This document shows, in pieces, positions 52,874-62,324 of a stretch of 64,000 nt of DNA. Made by a program: the position numbers and the translations under genes. Under the pieces are notes generated by a model. That model was not told the origin of the DNA, did not search any database, and was given only the letters and a program-made list of their open reading frames with translations. Origin of the DNA: an uncultured virus (IMG/VR IMGVR_UViG_3300008111_000027) (lineage: Duplodnaviria > Heunggongvirae > Uroviricota > Caudoviricetes); the IMG/VR virus record IMGVR_UViG_3300008111_000027, positions 1 through 64,000 of that record; one strand, written 5' to 3'. Positions within the stretch are counted from its first letter, which is position 1; each line of letters begins with the position of its first letter.

Positions 52874-55729
52874 TTAGATATTATCAAATGATGCTCCTGT
52901 TGGTGTGATTATGAATTCAACATCGATAAATTCAAGAGCTCTTGTTGGTTTAATGTAAATTTTACCTCTCAAAGTATTAGCGTCAATATCTTCAGGGTCG
53001 TTGGAAACCGTTACACGGAATTCATACAAACCTCTTTCTCTCTTAATTGCGTCTAATATCGGGTTAACCAATCTCAAAAACTCATTACGAACTTGTTCGT
53101 CGTTTTGTTCAAATAACAATCTTACCGCTACTGCTGAAATTAATTTTCTTGCTCTTAACAGTAATCTTCTTACGTTAATTCTATCCAAAGCTGATTCACG
53201 TACTTGAAGTGTTTTATTACCCCAAATGATTGTACCGGTATCCGCAAATGTTGCGATAGGGTTAATTCTCGCTTTGTAAAGGTCATCTCTCTCATCCAAA
53301 GTTAATTTCTTATAAGCTTTGATTGAGTTTACTAAACCTCTTGAATAACCCGCTACCGCGAACCAAGGGAAAGATACGTTATCTGTTAATGCTATATTTC
53401 TCAATACTTCACCTGTTGGTGGTAAGTATAATTGTGTAGCGTTGTCTGCGTCTCTAACTTGAATCCAAGGCCAGTAAACCGCTGAGTAGTTACTATCAAT
53501 TGCTACGCCGTCCAAAGCGTCTATTACTTCATCCGCTGTACCGTAGTTTGGTGATGAAATCACATAAAGTGAATCCGCTCTATCTTCTTCAATCATATCA
53601 ATTGCGTAAGATGTTAATGAACTGTGGTCATAGAAGTTGATACCTGGTGTTGCGAAGATGTTTACATCAACAGCTTCAGGGTTTGCGAAGGTATCAATAC
53701 CTTGAGTGTAAGCGTAGTAGTCAGAGTTTCCTGATACTGTACTAAATACACCACCATTATTAGTGTTACCACTTGTGTAAGTATTTTTACCAAAGATGTA
53801 TCCATCACCGTAGGTTCTCACATTTCTGTAGATATCCCAACCGTCAAATCCACCAGCCGCTGCGAATGTGAATTTACGATAATTGATATTTGTTAATACG
53901 TTATTCGCTCCACCTGTTTGACCCTCTAAATCATACGACGTGGTTAAGAAGGTTGTTCCTGTGATTGTAGATGCGTTTGTTGATAAGTGGAAACCCTTAG
54001 TTGTTCCAGCTGCTGATGTTCCTTTGAATTTAAACAAGTCTCTATCGTATGTTACTGCGTTTGTTGGACTTGATAAACCAAAGTATGTTCTTCTTACTTT
54101 GTCACCTGAAGATAAAACAGGTGTTCCATCGGCTTGATAAGATGTAGTATCACCAGCGTTATAGAATGTAGTCTTGTACATCACCGAACCTAAAGTACTT
54201 GAACCAAAAGATGTGTTGTTTGTAAATCCTTTAAATCCTGCAGGATATGCGTCGGTTGGGTGATTATCAGCCATTGACAACATAATGTATCTTGAACGTA
54301 ATTCATATTCACCATCAGATGTACCAACTTTTTTAGCAACATATCCTGGTAAATCTGGATTCATATTACATCTACCAAATTTTTCAAGTACAACTAAATT
54401 ATCGTCTGTATCATTAAAGTCTCTAACGATTAAGTCAAAGTCACCAGTGTTTACATCAATATTAATAATTGAAACTTTTACTTCGTAGTTTGCAGAATCA
54501 CCATCTGATACTGTGATTACATCAAATAAATCATCAACTTCACCACCTCTAACCTCTGATACAACAGTTGGTGTCATTGGGGTATCCCAAGATGTTTTAA
54601 AGTCGTTACCAACATGTTCGAAAACTTCTGTTAAACTTAAACCTCTAATTAAACCTTGTTCATATGCTCTTTGTAAGTAATTTGGATAAGATTCAAAAAC
54701 ATACACAGGTACATCACTTTTTAATTTGTCATAAACATCGGTACCAAAAACTTTTGTTACATATTTTGATGACGAAGAGTCCATACTACAAGTGAATGAT
54801 TTTGGTCCACTTGTTGAACCTGTAACATTAACTGTAAATTCAGCTAATGGATTTGTAGTGATTCCTGAACCTGTAACCACAAAATTTACATCTGCGGTAG
54901 TTTCCAAGTTTAATGTTTGTCCATTGTAAGAACCTCTTGGTCTGAACGCTAAAACCACTTGTCCATCATACGCCGTGTTCAATGTTCCATAGTATGTGTA
55001 CTTAGTCACATCAAATCTACTCGCACCGCTGTTATAAACAAATAAGTAAGAATATACTTCAGAACCTGTGGTGTTACAAAGTTTATTGAACCATTCCTTA
55101 TTGTTGTAATTACTTGCGTTATTCAAACCTGTTAAAGGAGAAACTTCTTCAAGTGATGATGTTTGACCACTTGTTCCTGAAGTTGGTACTTCACCCATCA
55201 CAAACCATTGTCCATGGTTAGATGATGTGTTACCACTAAAGTTTGCTACAATATATTCTGTAATATAATTTCCATCTACAGATATTTTATCTGATAGTTC
55301 ACTATAAATCGTACTTGCTGTAATTGTTGTGGTCGATGCTGACATTGTTAAACTTGTGGTTGTTCCACTAAGAGCCCCCAATGTAACCCCACCAATTGTT
55401 TTAACACCATAAGTTTTGACAGGTAAATAACCCGTTAAACCTAATATTCTTGTTACAAACATTTGGTTAGATTCTTCTAAATAAGATTTTGCGAAATAAG
55501 GTAATTCATATTTTGGATTGTTATTGTTGTCTTTTAACGGACTTGTTCCCCCAAAATATGACTTGAATTCGTCAAAATTAGTTATTAATACAGGTTCAAA
55601 AGCGGGACCTTTTAAGGTTTCACCCACCAAACCTAATGTGCTCACACCAACACTTTGTGCTACGAATGTTAAGTCTTTTTCAGATGTATATACACCCGGA
55701 GATACAAAAACTCTATTTGAATTTGCCAT
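52874..55729 (-). CDS. Tail sheath protein (T4 gp18-like)
   Basis: FVSPGVYTSEKD, LVGETLKGPAFEP, YSAVYWPW, PWFAVAGYSRG, RDDLYKARINPI, WGNKTLQ, RINVRRL, FEQND, IKPTRALEFI. Confidence 0.97.
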   Translation of the reverse strand: MANSNRVFVSPGVYTSEKDLTFVAQSVGVSTLGLVGETLKGPAFEPVLITNFDEFKSYFGGTSPLKDNNNNPKYELPYFAKSYLEESNQMFVTRILGLTGYLPVKTYGVKTIGGVTLGALSGTTTSLTMSASTTTITASTIYSELSDKISVDGNYITEYIVANFSGNTSSNHGQWFVMGEVPTSGTSGQTSSLEEVSPLTGLNNASNYNNKEWFNKLCNTTGSEVYSYLFVYNSGASRFDVTKYTYYGTLNTAYDGQVVLAFRPRGSYNGQTLNLETTADVNFVVTGSGITTNPLAEFTVNVTGSTSGPKSFTCSMDSSSSKYVTKVFGTDVYDKLKSDVPVYVFESYPNYLQRAYEQGLIRGLSLTEVFEHVGNDFKTSWDTPMTPTVVSEVRGGEVDDLFDVITVSDGDSANYEVKVSIINIDVNTGDFDLIVRDFNDTDDNLVVLEKFGRCNMNPDLPGYVAKKVGTSDGEYELRSRYIMLSMADNHPTDAYPAGFKGFTNNTSFGSSTLGSVMYKTTFYNAGDTTSYQADGTPVLSSGDKVRRTYFGLSSPTNAVTYDRDLFKFKGTSAAGTTKGFHLSTNASTITGTTFLTTSYDLEGQTGGANNVLTNINYRKFTFAAAGGFDGWDIYRNVRTYGDGYIFGKNTYTSGNTNNGGVFSTVSGNSDYYAYTQGIDTFANPEAVDVNIFATPGINFYDHSSLTSYAIDMIEEDRADSLYVISSPNYGTADEVIDALDGVAIDSNYSAVYWPWIQVRDADNATQLYLPPTGEVLRNIALTDNVSFPWFAVAGYSRGLVNSIKAYKKLTLDERDDLYKARINPIATFADTGTIIWGNKTLQVRESALDRINVRRLLLRARKLISAVAVRLLFEQNDEQVRNEFLRLVNPILDAIKRERGLYEFRVTVSNDPEDIDANTLRGKIYIKPTRALEFIDVEFIITPTGASFDNI

Positions 55730-55768
55730 TTTTAATTTGTTTGGTTAATTAATTTTATTTCTTTATCA

Positions 55769-55775
55769 ATAAATA
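55769..55775 (-). promoter_or_regulatory. Candidate late promoter (GA)TATTTAT for sheath gene
   Basis: 39 nt upstream of ATG 55729. Confidence 0.55.
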
Positions 55776-55866
55776 TCTTTGTTTTTAGCAAAGATTCCCT
55801 TGATTTTTTTAAAAATGGCACTTATGGATACTAATTTATCCTTTAGTATCTATATTTATCTTTATC

Positions 55867-56043
55867 ATGAAAAACACCCTAAAAAACATAAAGGTTAGTG
55901 AAAATCACCACCAAATGTTAAAAGAATATTGCGACAAAAATGGATTAAAAATTTATAAGGTTGTTCAGAAATGGATTGATGAAGTTTGTAAAACAGGAAA
56001 GGTGAATGATTCACCTAAGAAAAAAGATATCTATGGAGATTAA
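55867..56043 (+). CDS. Small ribbon-helix-helix-like DNA-binding protein (58 aa, absent from ORF track)
   Basis: MKNTLKNIKVSENHHQMLKEYCDKNGLKIYKVVQKWIDEVCK...: alternating beta strand, helix, Gly turn, helix. TATTTAT at 55853-55859, 7 nt upstream. Confidence 0.7.
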   Translation: MKNTLKNIKVSENHHQMLKEYCDKNGLKIYKVVQKWIDEVCKTGKVNDSPKKKDIYGD

Positions 56044-56047
56044 TTTT

Positions 56048-56275
56048 TTATAACATACTAATCTCCGTCATATCAACGGTAATGTTATTACAAATTAATA
56101 AATTACCATCAATTATAAAATTGTCAGTTCTTTCTAAAACCAATAATGATTCAAGATGACTAGTATCAACACTAAGACCATAGATGTCATTATCAACAAC
56201 CAAATTGATTATTAAATTTTCATATATTTCAATATGAGATAATGTTTTTTCGTATAAAAATTCTTGTATTGTCAT
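56048..56275 (-). CDS. Small acidic hypothetical protein
   Basis: 75 aa, starts 5 nt after the upstream gene's stop. Confidence 0.6.
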   Translation of the reverse strand: MTIQEFLYEKTLSHIEIYENLIINLVVDNDIYGLSVDTSHLESLLVLERTDNFIIDGNLLICNNITVDMTEISML

Positions 56276-56280
56276 GTTGT

Positions 56281-58815
56281 TTAATTTATTGGGGTTACTG
56301 TTGTGATTGTTGCTCCAGAACCAAATCCTGTACCGGTATTAAGTGTCGTGTCTAAAGTTCCATCTGAAAATAAACGTACAATGTTTCCTACCGATGTGCC
56401 GTTATATGATGTAAAATTACCACTAATTAGTATTTTACCATTTGTTTGAACAACAATACTGAGTACATGATTATTAAATCCGGTTCCAATACTAAATGTA
56501 TTATCAATAGTTCCATCAGAATTTAGTCTAACTATCCTATTAGATGTTACACCACTATACGATGTGAAAGCTCCCCCGACCATTATTTTACCACTTGAAA
56601 GAGTCGAGACAAAATAAACACTATTATTAAATCCGGTTCCAATAATAAATGTATCATCGATAGTTCCTCCGGAATTTAATCTAATTATTCTATTAGATGT
56701 CACTCCACTATATGATGTAAAATCTCCACCAACGACAATCTTACCATCTGATTGTACCGATGACATGTATGTGTAGGCATTAAATCCCGTACCGACTGTA
56801 GTTGTAAAACTAGAATCGTGACTCTTATCGGAATTAAGTCTCTCAATTCTTCTTGTGGTCATACTACCACAAAGAATCATTTTACCATCTGATTGTAAAG
56901 AAACATCTTGAACAGTTGAGTTTGCATCATAAGTAGTAGACGTTGAACCACTAAATGTATTATCAATTGTTCCGTCAGAATTTAACCTAATAATTTTATT
57001 CGCCGACGTGCCATTATATGATGTAAAATATCCACCGATTAATAGTTTTCCATCAGATTGGGGTACAACAAATTTTGTGATACTATTGAATCCCGTTCCG
57101 ATACTGAATGTATTATCGATTGAACCGTCTAAGTTTAATCTAATTATATAATTGGACGATACACCACTGTATGTTGTAAAATAACCCGCACCGTAAATTT
57201 TGTTATTATATATTATGTGATTTTCTAAGAAATTATCAAATCCGGTTCCACCGCTAAATGAACTATCAACTGAACCATTTGAGTTTAATTTAATTATGTC
57301 ATTATATAATGTGCCATTGTATAATGAGAATCCACCAGAAATTAATAGTTTATCATCCACCATCAATGATGGTGTTGGGGTGGCCGATGGTGTGACAGAA
57401 CTATTGGGAGTAATGGATGGTGTTACTGATTGAGTTGGTGATGGTGTCGGTGAAGACTCAATTGTTACCGAAGGGGTAACTGTGGGTGTTGAGGTTAAAG
57501 TAGGGGTTGGTGTAACCGATGATGTAAGTGACGGAGTAATTGACGGTGTTACTGAGGGGGTAACTGAAGGTGTTACAGTTATGGTTGGGGTGATAATAGA
57601 GGTTGAGGTTAAAGTAGGGGTAACCGTAGGTGTTGATGTTGGGGTTATTGATGGTGTTACAGATGAAGATGGTGTTATTGAAGGTGTTGGGGTCGGTGTT
57701 ATTGGTATTGTAAAAGTTGATTGTGTTGTAAAATCATATCTAAATTTTGTTTTAGACGACGTATTAATATCTACCGAACTAAAATTATTAACCAAAGTTA
57801 AATTACTAAACGTACCATCGACAGTATATTGTGTAGTACCACTTAATTGATTTGGTTCAATAAAAATTTTAACAGGAATTGATATTGAACTACCAGTCAC
57901 AGTTAATAAAGTGTCAGTAAATGAAATTTCAACCGTCTTATCTACCTTATTTGTTGCAGTTGCGGTGTAGTCCGCAACGATTGAACCACTACTATAATTT
58001 GATGATATTGTTATTGAGTTTTCAATTTTTTTTATAGATGGAATTGACCTTAAATCGGGTTCCACCATGGTAATACTTCTGTTAATTGCAGGAGAAACTT
58101 CAAATTCTTCATCATCAATTAAGAATCCTAACATTGTAAACCCGTAATTTTGAATGTAGAATCTTCTACCATCTAAAGTATCCATCGGAGTATTATCTTC
58201 GATTCTATCTAATACAATTGGGATATAATGACCTTTTACTCGAGTGTATGCTTGACGAGATGAAAACTTTTGTAAAACCTTTTGATTGAACTTATTTATA
58301 TCTCTAAATTTTGTACAAACAATAGTTACATCAAAACTAATATCAACCGCAATTGGTTGAGGTATTTTGTATATGTCCGCACCCATTTGATTTCCATCCC
58401 AAGTCGGAACCGATGCATAAAAAAAGTCTCTTCTATCAGGAATAGTTCTTTGAATAGATGGGTTTGTACCTAACTGAACTTCAGGTTTTCTTACAACAGC
58501 AATAAATGGTAACTTAATATTTCCATCTTCATCACTAAAAGACCAATTGTTGGTATACTCACCCCATCTTTGAATTGTGAGAATTTTTGGAATCATTGGT
58601 ATTTGGTCCCCGTCAGATATTACTTTAAAATTTTCTTTTACAAATTCTAACATACCCAAATCAAGGTCGTCGTGCAATATCGAATCAGGAAGAAAAGTAT
58701 CAGATTTAATTATTTCTTCTAATAATTCTTTTCTTCTACCGGTAATTGCAGGACCATCCGCGTTTTGGTTTACACCGTATACTTTAATATCTTTTTTTCT
58801 TTTTGGTAATCCCAT
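56281..58815 (-). CDS. Tail terminator/completion-like protein (gp15-like) fused to an Ig-like domain, Pro/Thr linker and delta-60-type beta-propeller repeats
   Basis: N-terminal [10 protein letters not shown]...[18 protein letters not shown] tract; about six repeats of QSDGKxxxGGxFTSYxG...[12 protein letters not shown]. Confidence 0.7.
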   Translation of the reverse strand: MGLPKRKKDIKVYGVNQNADGPAITGRRKELLEEIIKSDTFLPDSILHDDLDLGMLEFVKENFKVISDGDQIPMIPKILTIQRWGEYTNNWSFSDEDGNIKLPFIAVVRKPEVQLGTNPSIQRTIPDRRDFFYASVPTWDGNQMGADIYKIPQPIAVDISFDVTIVCTKFRDINKFNQKVLQKFSSRQAYTRVKGHYIPIVLDRIEDNTPMDTLDGRRFYIQNYGFTMLGFLIDDEEFEVSPAINRSITMVEPDLRSIPSIKKIENSITISSNYSSGSIVADYTATATNKVDKTVEISFTDTLLTVTGSSISIPVKIFIEPNQLSGTTQYTVDGTFSNLTLVNNFSSVDINTSSKTKFRYDFTTQSTFTIPITPTPTPSITPSSSVTPSITPTSTPTVTPTLTSTSIITPTITVTPSVTPSVTPSITPSLTSSVTPTPTLTSTPTVTPSVTIESSPTPSPTQSVTPSITPNSSVTPSATPTPSLMVDDKLLISGGFSLYNGTLYNDIIKLNSNGSVDSSFSGGTGFDNFLENHIIYNNKIYGAGYFTTYSGVSSNYIIRLNLDGSIDNTFSIGTGFNSITKFVVPQSDGKLLIGGYFTSYNGTSANKIIRLNSDGTIDNTFSGSTSTTYDANSTVQDVSLQSDGKMILCGSMTTRRIERLNSDKSHDSSFTTTVGTGFNAYTYMSSVQSDGKIVVGGDFTSYSGVTSNRIIRLNSGGTIDDTFIIGTGFNNSVYFVSTLSSGKIMVGGAFTSYSGVTSNRIVRLNSDGTIDNTFSIGTGFNNHVLSIVVQTNGKILISGNFTSYNGTSVGNIVRLFSDGTLDTTLNTGTGFGSGATITTVTPIN

Positions 58816-58817
58816 AA

Positions 58818-59330
58818 TTAAATTCCTCTAAATTCAGATTCTTGTGCAATTGCACAGGTGATAGTTCTATAATGAGGTCTAAAACCAAACATATTATGTT
58901 TATTATCGGAAGTAACTTTTCCATCGTTTACCACCGTATAGTATCTAATTCTTTCTTCCGATTCGGGGTACCCAATAAAATCACCATATCTAATATCAAT
59001 ACCCATTTCTTCTAAGTGTTTTATATAAACTGAAATGGTCATATTACCGGGTTCCAAATATCTATTTACACCTTTAGTATATGAATTGTTTTTAGGTTCT
59101 TCAATTTTAACCAATCCGAAAAATTCGGTAGGTGGTAAAAATTTAATTTGGTCTTTACCAACTTCACCGTATACATCATCAGTGTCGGTTTTTTGTCTAT
59201 CTACTCTAAATAAAACTAATTTCATACCTAAATCACCATGCAAGTATTCTTCCCCTAACTGAACATTTAAATCAAAATCAGTTTGAGAAAAAAATTTACT
59301 TAATCTGGTTATCGGTAGTTTATTCTTCAT
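58818..59330 (-). CDS. Neck / head-closure protein (T4 gp14-like)
   Basis: 170 aa. DDVYGE...F, GDFIGY, YYTVV; upstream of the tail terminator gene. Confidence 0.6.
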   Translation of the reverse strand: MKNKLPITRLSKFFSQTDFDLNVQLGEEYLHGDLGMKLVLFRVDRQKTDTDDVYGEVGKDQIKFLPPTEFFGLVKIEEPKNNSYTKGVNRYLEPGNMTISVYIKHLEEMGIDIRYGDFIGYPESEERIRYYTVVNDGKVTSDNKHNMFGFRPHYRTITCAIAQESEFRGI

Positions 59331-59335
59331 TTACT

Positions 59336-59342
59336 ATAAATA
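59336..59342 (-). promoter_or_regulatory. Candidate late promoter TATTTAT
   Basis: 5 nt upstream of ATG 59330. Confidence 0.55.
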
Positions 59343-59383
59343 GTTCATTTATTGATTCTATTTTACTATATTTAACTTATTGT

Positions 59384-61138
59384 ATGCAGAGTAAGATTCC
59401 TGAGATAGAAGCAAGGGAAATTTTGTCCACTTACGAAGGTTTTAACAACCAACTAATTGAGTGGAAAAGAAAGTTATCTGAAGTTAAAGGTTTTCAGTTA
59501 ACAAGACCCCAAGCTGAGTATGTTTTAAAATACCATGAGGTAGTTCCTCGGGTTGCAAAAAAATATATCAGTATTGTTGATGGATTTGCAGACAAGTTAA
59601 TGGAATCTAAACATCTAACAAAACCACCCGAAAAAATATGGTGTGAAAAGTTATTATGTGAAAGTGATATGGCATATCACATATGGGGTAAAATTTTTGA
59701 AACTGAAAAAAATTCAGCTATGTGGGTTCCTAAATCCGCAATCATCCAAGAGGAAAAAAAATTAAACAGAGAGATTGATTATTCATCTTACGATAACCGA
59801 CCTCCATTACCTCACCAAAAAGAAGCTATTGAGAAATTATTGGCCAACGACAAATATATTCTCGCTGATGATATGGGACTGGGTAAAACCACATCAGCGA
59901 TTATTGCCTCTTTAGAAAGTGGAGCAAAAAAGATTTTAATAATATGCCCAGCATCTCTAAAGATTAATTGGCAGAGAGAAATTGAAAATTACTCAGATAA
60001 GAAAACTTTAATTGTTGAAGGTCGTAAGTGGGGTTCAACATTTAATTACTATATTATAAATTATGATATTGTAAAAAACTATCACTCAACTGAAACACCT
60101 GAAATTGGTCAAGAAAATACTAATTTAATTGCCAATGAAAAATTTGATTTGGCAATAGTAGATGAAGCTCATTACATATCAAATACTACCGCTCAAAGAA
60201 CTAAATTAATAAATGATATATTAAAAAATATACCAAAAGTTTGGTTACTTACAGGTACACCCATGACCTCAAAACCAATCAATTATTATAATCTATTAAG
60301 AATCGTAAATTCAAATGTTACGTTAAATTGGCAAGGTTATGTTAAAAGGTATTGTGGTGGTTATCAATTCACGGTAAACAAAAAGAAAATATGGAATACT
60401 AACGGTGCAACAAATTTAGATGAACTTAGAATGAGAACTAAAAATCTTGTTTTAAGAAGAATGAAAACTGACATATTAGACCTTCCCGATAAAATTATCA
60501 CACCAATATTCTTAGATTTAAAGAGTACATACTATGATGAAGAACTTGAGGACTTTTTAAGAATTACAAGTGAATCTAAAAACAAAGAATCATTATCTGT
60601 TACTATTAATCGTTTAATGAAAGTTAGACAAATTATCTCTCAGGAAAAAATTGATTATACTTGTGAGATTATTGATAGATGTTTAGAACAAGGTAAAAAG
60701 GTTATTGTGTTTACGAACTTCACCATGTCTTTAGATATGTTACATGAGAAATACAAAAAGAACTCGGTGGTTTTAGATGGTAGAATGTCTAAAGAAAAAA
60801 GACAACAATCTGTTGACCGTTTTCAAAATGAAGACAAAGTAAAAGTGTTTATTTCAAATATTATTGCAGGTGGAGTTGGTATCACCTTAACCGCTGCGGA
60901 ATGTGTGATTATGAATGACTTATCATTTGTTCCTGCACATCACAGTCAAGCAGAAGACAGAGCGTTTAGATACGGACAAAAGAAAAATGTATTAGTGTAT
61001 TATCCGATTTTCGAAAATACTATTGAAAAGATAGTGTATAATATGCTTCAAAAGAAAAAGAATATTATCGACCAAGTAATGGGTGATGGAGATTTCTCAG
61101 AAAGTTTTGCACAATCAATTCTTAAAGAGATTCTTTAA
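59384..61138 (+). CDS. SNF2-family (SMARCAL1/HARP-like) DNA helicase/translocase
   Basis: LADDMGLGKT, CPASLKINW, DEAH, LTGTP, RRMK, GVGITLT, QAEDRAFRYGQ. Confidence 0.95.
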   Translation: MQSKIPEIEAREILSTYEGFNNQLIEWKRKLSEVKGFQLTRPQAEYVLKYHEVVPRVAKKYISIVDGFADKLMESKHLTKPPEKIWCEKLLCESDMAYHIWGKIFETEKNSAMWVPKSAIIQEEKKLNREIDYSSYDNRPPLPHQKEAIEKLLANDKYILADDMGLGKTTSAIIASLESGAKKILIICPASLKINWQREIENYSDKKTLIVEGRKWGSTFNYYIINYDIVKNYHSTETPEIGQENTNLIANEKFDLAIVDEAHYISNTTAQRTKLINDILKNIPKVWLLTGTPMTSKPINYYNLLRIVNSNVTLNWQGYVKRYCGGYQFTVNKKKIWNTNGATNLDELRMRTKNLVLRRMKTDILDLPDKIITPIFLDLKSTYYDEELEDFLRITSESKNKESLSVTINRLMKVRQIISQEKIDYTCEIIDRCLEQGKKVIVFTNFTMSLDMLHEKYKKNSVVLDGRMSKEKRQQSVDRFQNEDKVKVFISNIIAGGVGITLTAAECVIMNDLSFVPAHHSQAEDRAFRYGQKKNVLVYYPIFENTIEKIVYNMLQKKKNIIDQVMGDGDFSESFAQSILKEIL

Positions 61139-62269
61139 GATATTCATCATGAAATCAATGTCCTCTTGTTTTTGAGAAATACTCTGAATTATTTCAACCC
61201 ACACATCGTGGATTTTATCAATATCAAAATTTTCACTACTTGAAGGCAAACTCACACAAACTTTTCTTTCTTCTTTTATAAAATTTAAGTTTGTGTCTTC
61301 AGAAACTTCAAGAGAAAACTCTACATCGTTTTTTGAACAATACATGAAAAACTCAAAGAAAATTTTTGAGTTAAAAATATCATCAATTTTTTCTTCCATT
61401 AGTATATTATTTTTGTTATATGTATACCAACCATTTAATTCGGTTATAATGGTATCTTCTTTAAGATGTAAAAAAATCATTCTCGTTGGGTTCACAGTAT
61501 GAAATCTAAAATCATAGTTCAATGATACCAAAACTAAATAATCAATATTTTTACCAATGTAATCCCTTACATCTATAATATTTTTAAAACTATCACCTTG
61601 AAATTTAACAACCTTGCTTTGGATTCTTTTAACTTTTGTATTATCATCGTTGTTGACCGTGAATAAATCACAACCGTTAACCATGTCAATCGAAGAACCC
61701 CTCACCAATGATGTCCTGTAAATCTTAGCTGTTTTTACATTTTTTTTAAAATAATGTTCAATACACAATTCACCATATGTACCCGTACCAATCGTTTTGG
61801 ATGCAATATGAAAAAGTTCATATAAAAAATCGCTAGGACCAACAGTCCTATGGTCTATCAATATTTTGTCTTTGTATACTCGAAACCATTTAAAATAGTT
61901 TTTTATTTCTTCTTCAATATAACTTGAACTATTACCATCAAAAGTAATTTCTTTTAATGGTACGCCATTTAGATTGTTTATTCCCTTAAGAAAATAATCT
62001 TGAAAAATCCATTCGTTTAATTTCTCAACAATTTTTATGTTGACAATATAGTTCGTATTAAACTGATTTACAGGAGACCACGACCCCCTTGGGGTTAAAA
62101 CACCATATGTCCCATTTTTTTGACAAAAACCATATTGGTTTTTACTCAAGTAGCATTCCTTAAAAACCTCTCTCCATTCACTCAAAAAAAGGTCCTTGAT
62201 AGGTCCCTTTATTGTGCAAATCTTTTTTACGTGGTTTTCTATGTTTCTTAAGTTTCCGGTGGAATACAT
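61115..62269 (-). CDS. Hypothetical protein with putative PD-(D/E)XK nuclease core (start moved to MYSTGN)
   Basis: GTYGE...DMVNGCDLF...RIQSK fits E...D...QxK. Bacteroidota-type promoter 20 nt upstream; overlaps the SNF2 3' end convergently. Confidence 0.55.
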   Translation of the reverse strand: MYSTGNLRNIENHVKKICTIKGPIKDLFLSEWREVFKECYLSKNQYGFCQKNGTYGVLTPRGSWSPVNQFNTNYIVNIKIVEKLNEWIFQDYFLKGINNLNGVPLKEITFDGNSSSYIEEEIKNYFKWFRVYKDKILIDHRTVGPSDFLYELFHIASKTIGTGTYGELCIEHYFKKNVKTAKIYRTSLVRGSSIDMVNGCDLFTVNNDDNTKVKRIQSKVVKFQGDSFKNIIDVRDYIGKNIDYLVLVSLNYDFRFHTVNPTRMIFLHLKEDTIITELNGWYTYNKNNILMEEKIDDIFNSKIFFEFFMYCSKNDVEFSLEVSEDTNLNFIKEERKVCVSLPSSSENFDIDKIHDVWVEIIQSISQKQEDIDFMMNILKNLFKN

Positions 62270-62289
62270 TAATATTTGGAATATTAAAA

Positions 62290-62320
62290 CAAATATACAG
62301 ATATTTATTGATAAATCAAA
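62290..62320 (-). promoter_or_regulatory. Bacteroidota primary-sigma promoter (-33/-7)
   Basis: Minus strand TTTG-N19-TATATTTG, a full match to the TTTG...TAnnTTTG consensus. Confidence 0.7.
62302..62308 (+). promoter_or_regulatory. Candidate late promoter (GA)TATTTAT for neck gene
   Basis: On the + strand 16 nt upstream of ATG 62325, so the motif follows gene orientation. Confidence 0.55.
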
Positions 62321-62324
62321 GTTA

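Noticed and set aside
25956..55729. Bacterial extracellular contractile injection system or tailocin
   Set aside because: Neck proteins and a phage replication set are interleaved with the tail genes, and no host housekeeping genes are present.
15141..59262. Short + strand ORFs and nested alternative-frame ORFs inside long genes (e.g. 33617-34177, 49846-50271, 57482-57850)
   Set aside because: They overlap well-supported genes, show shadow-type composition and have no recognisable motifs.
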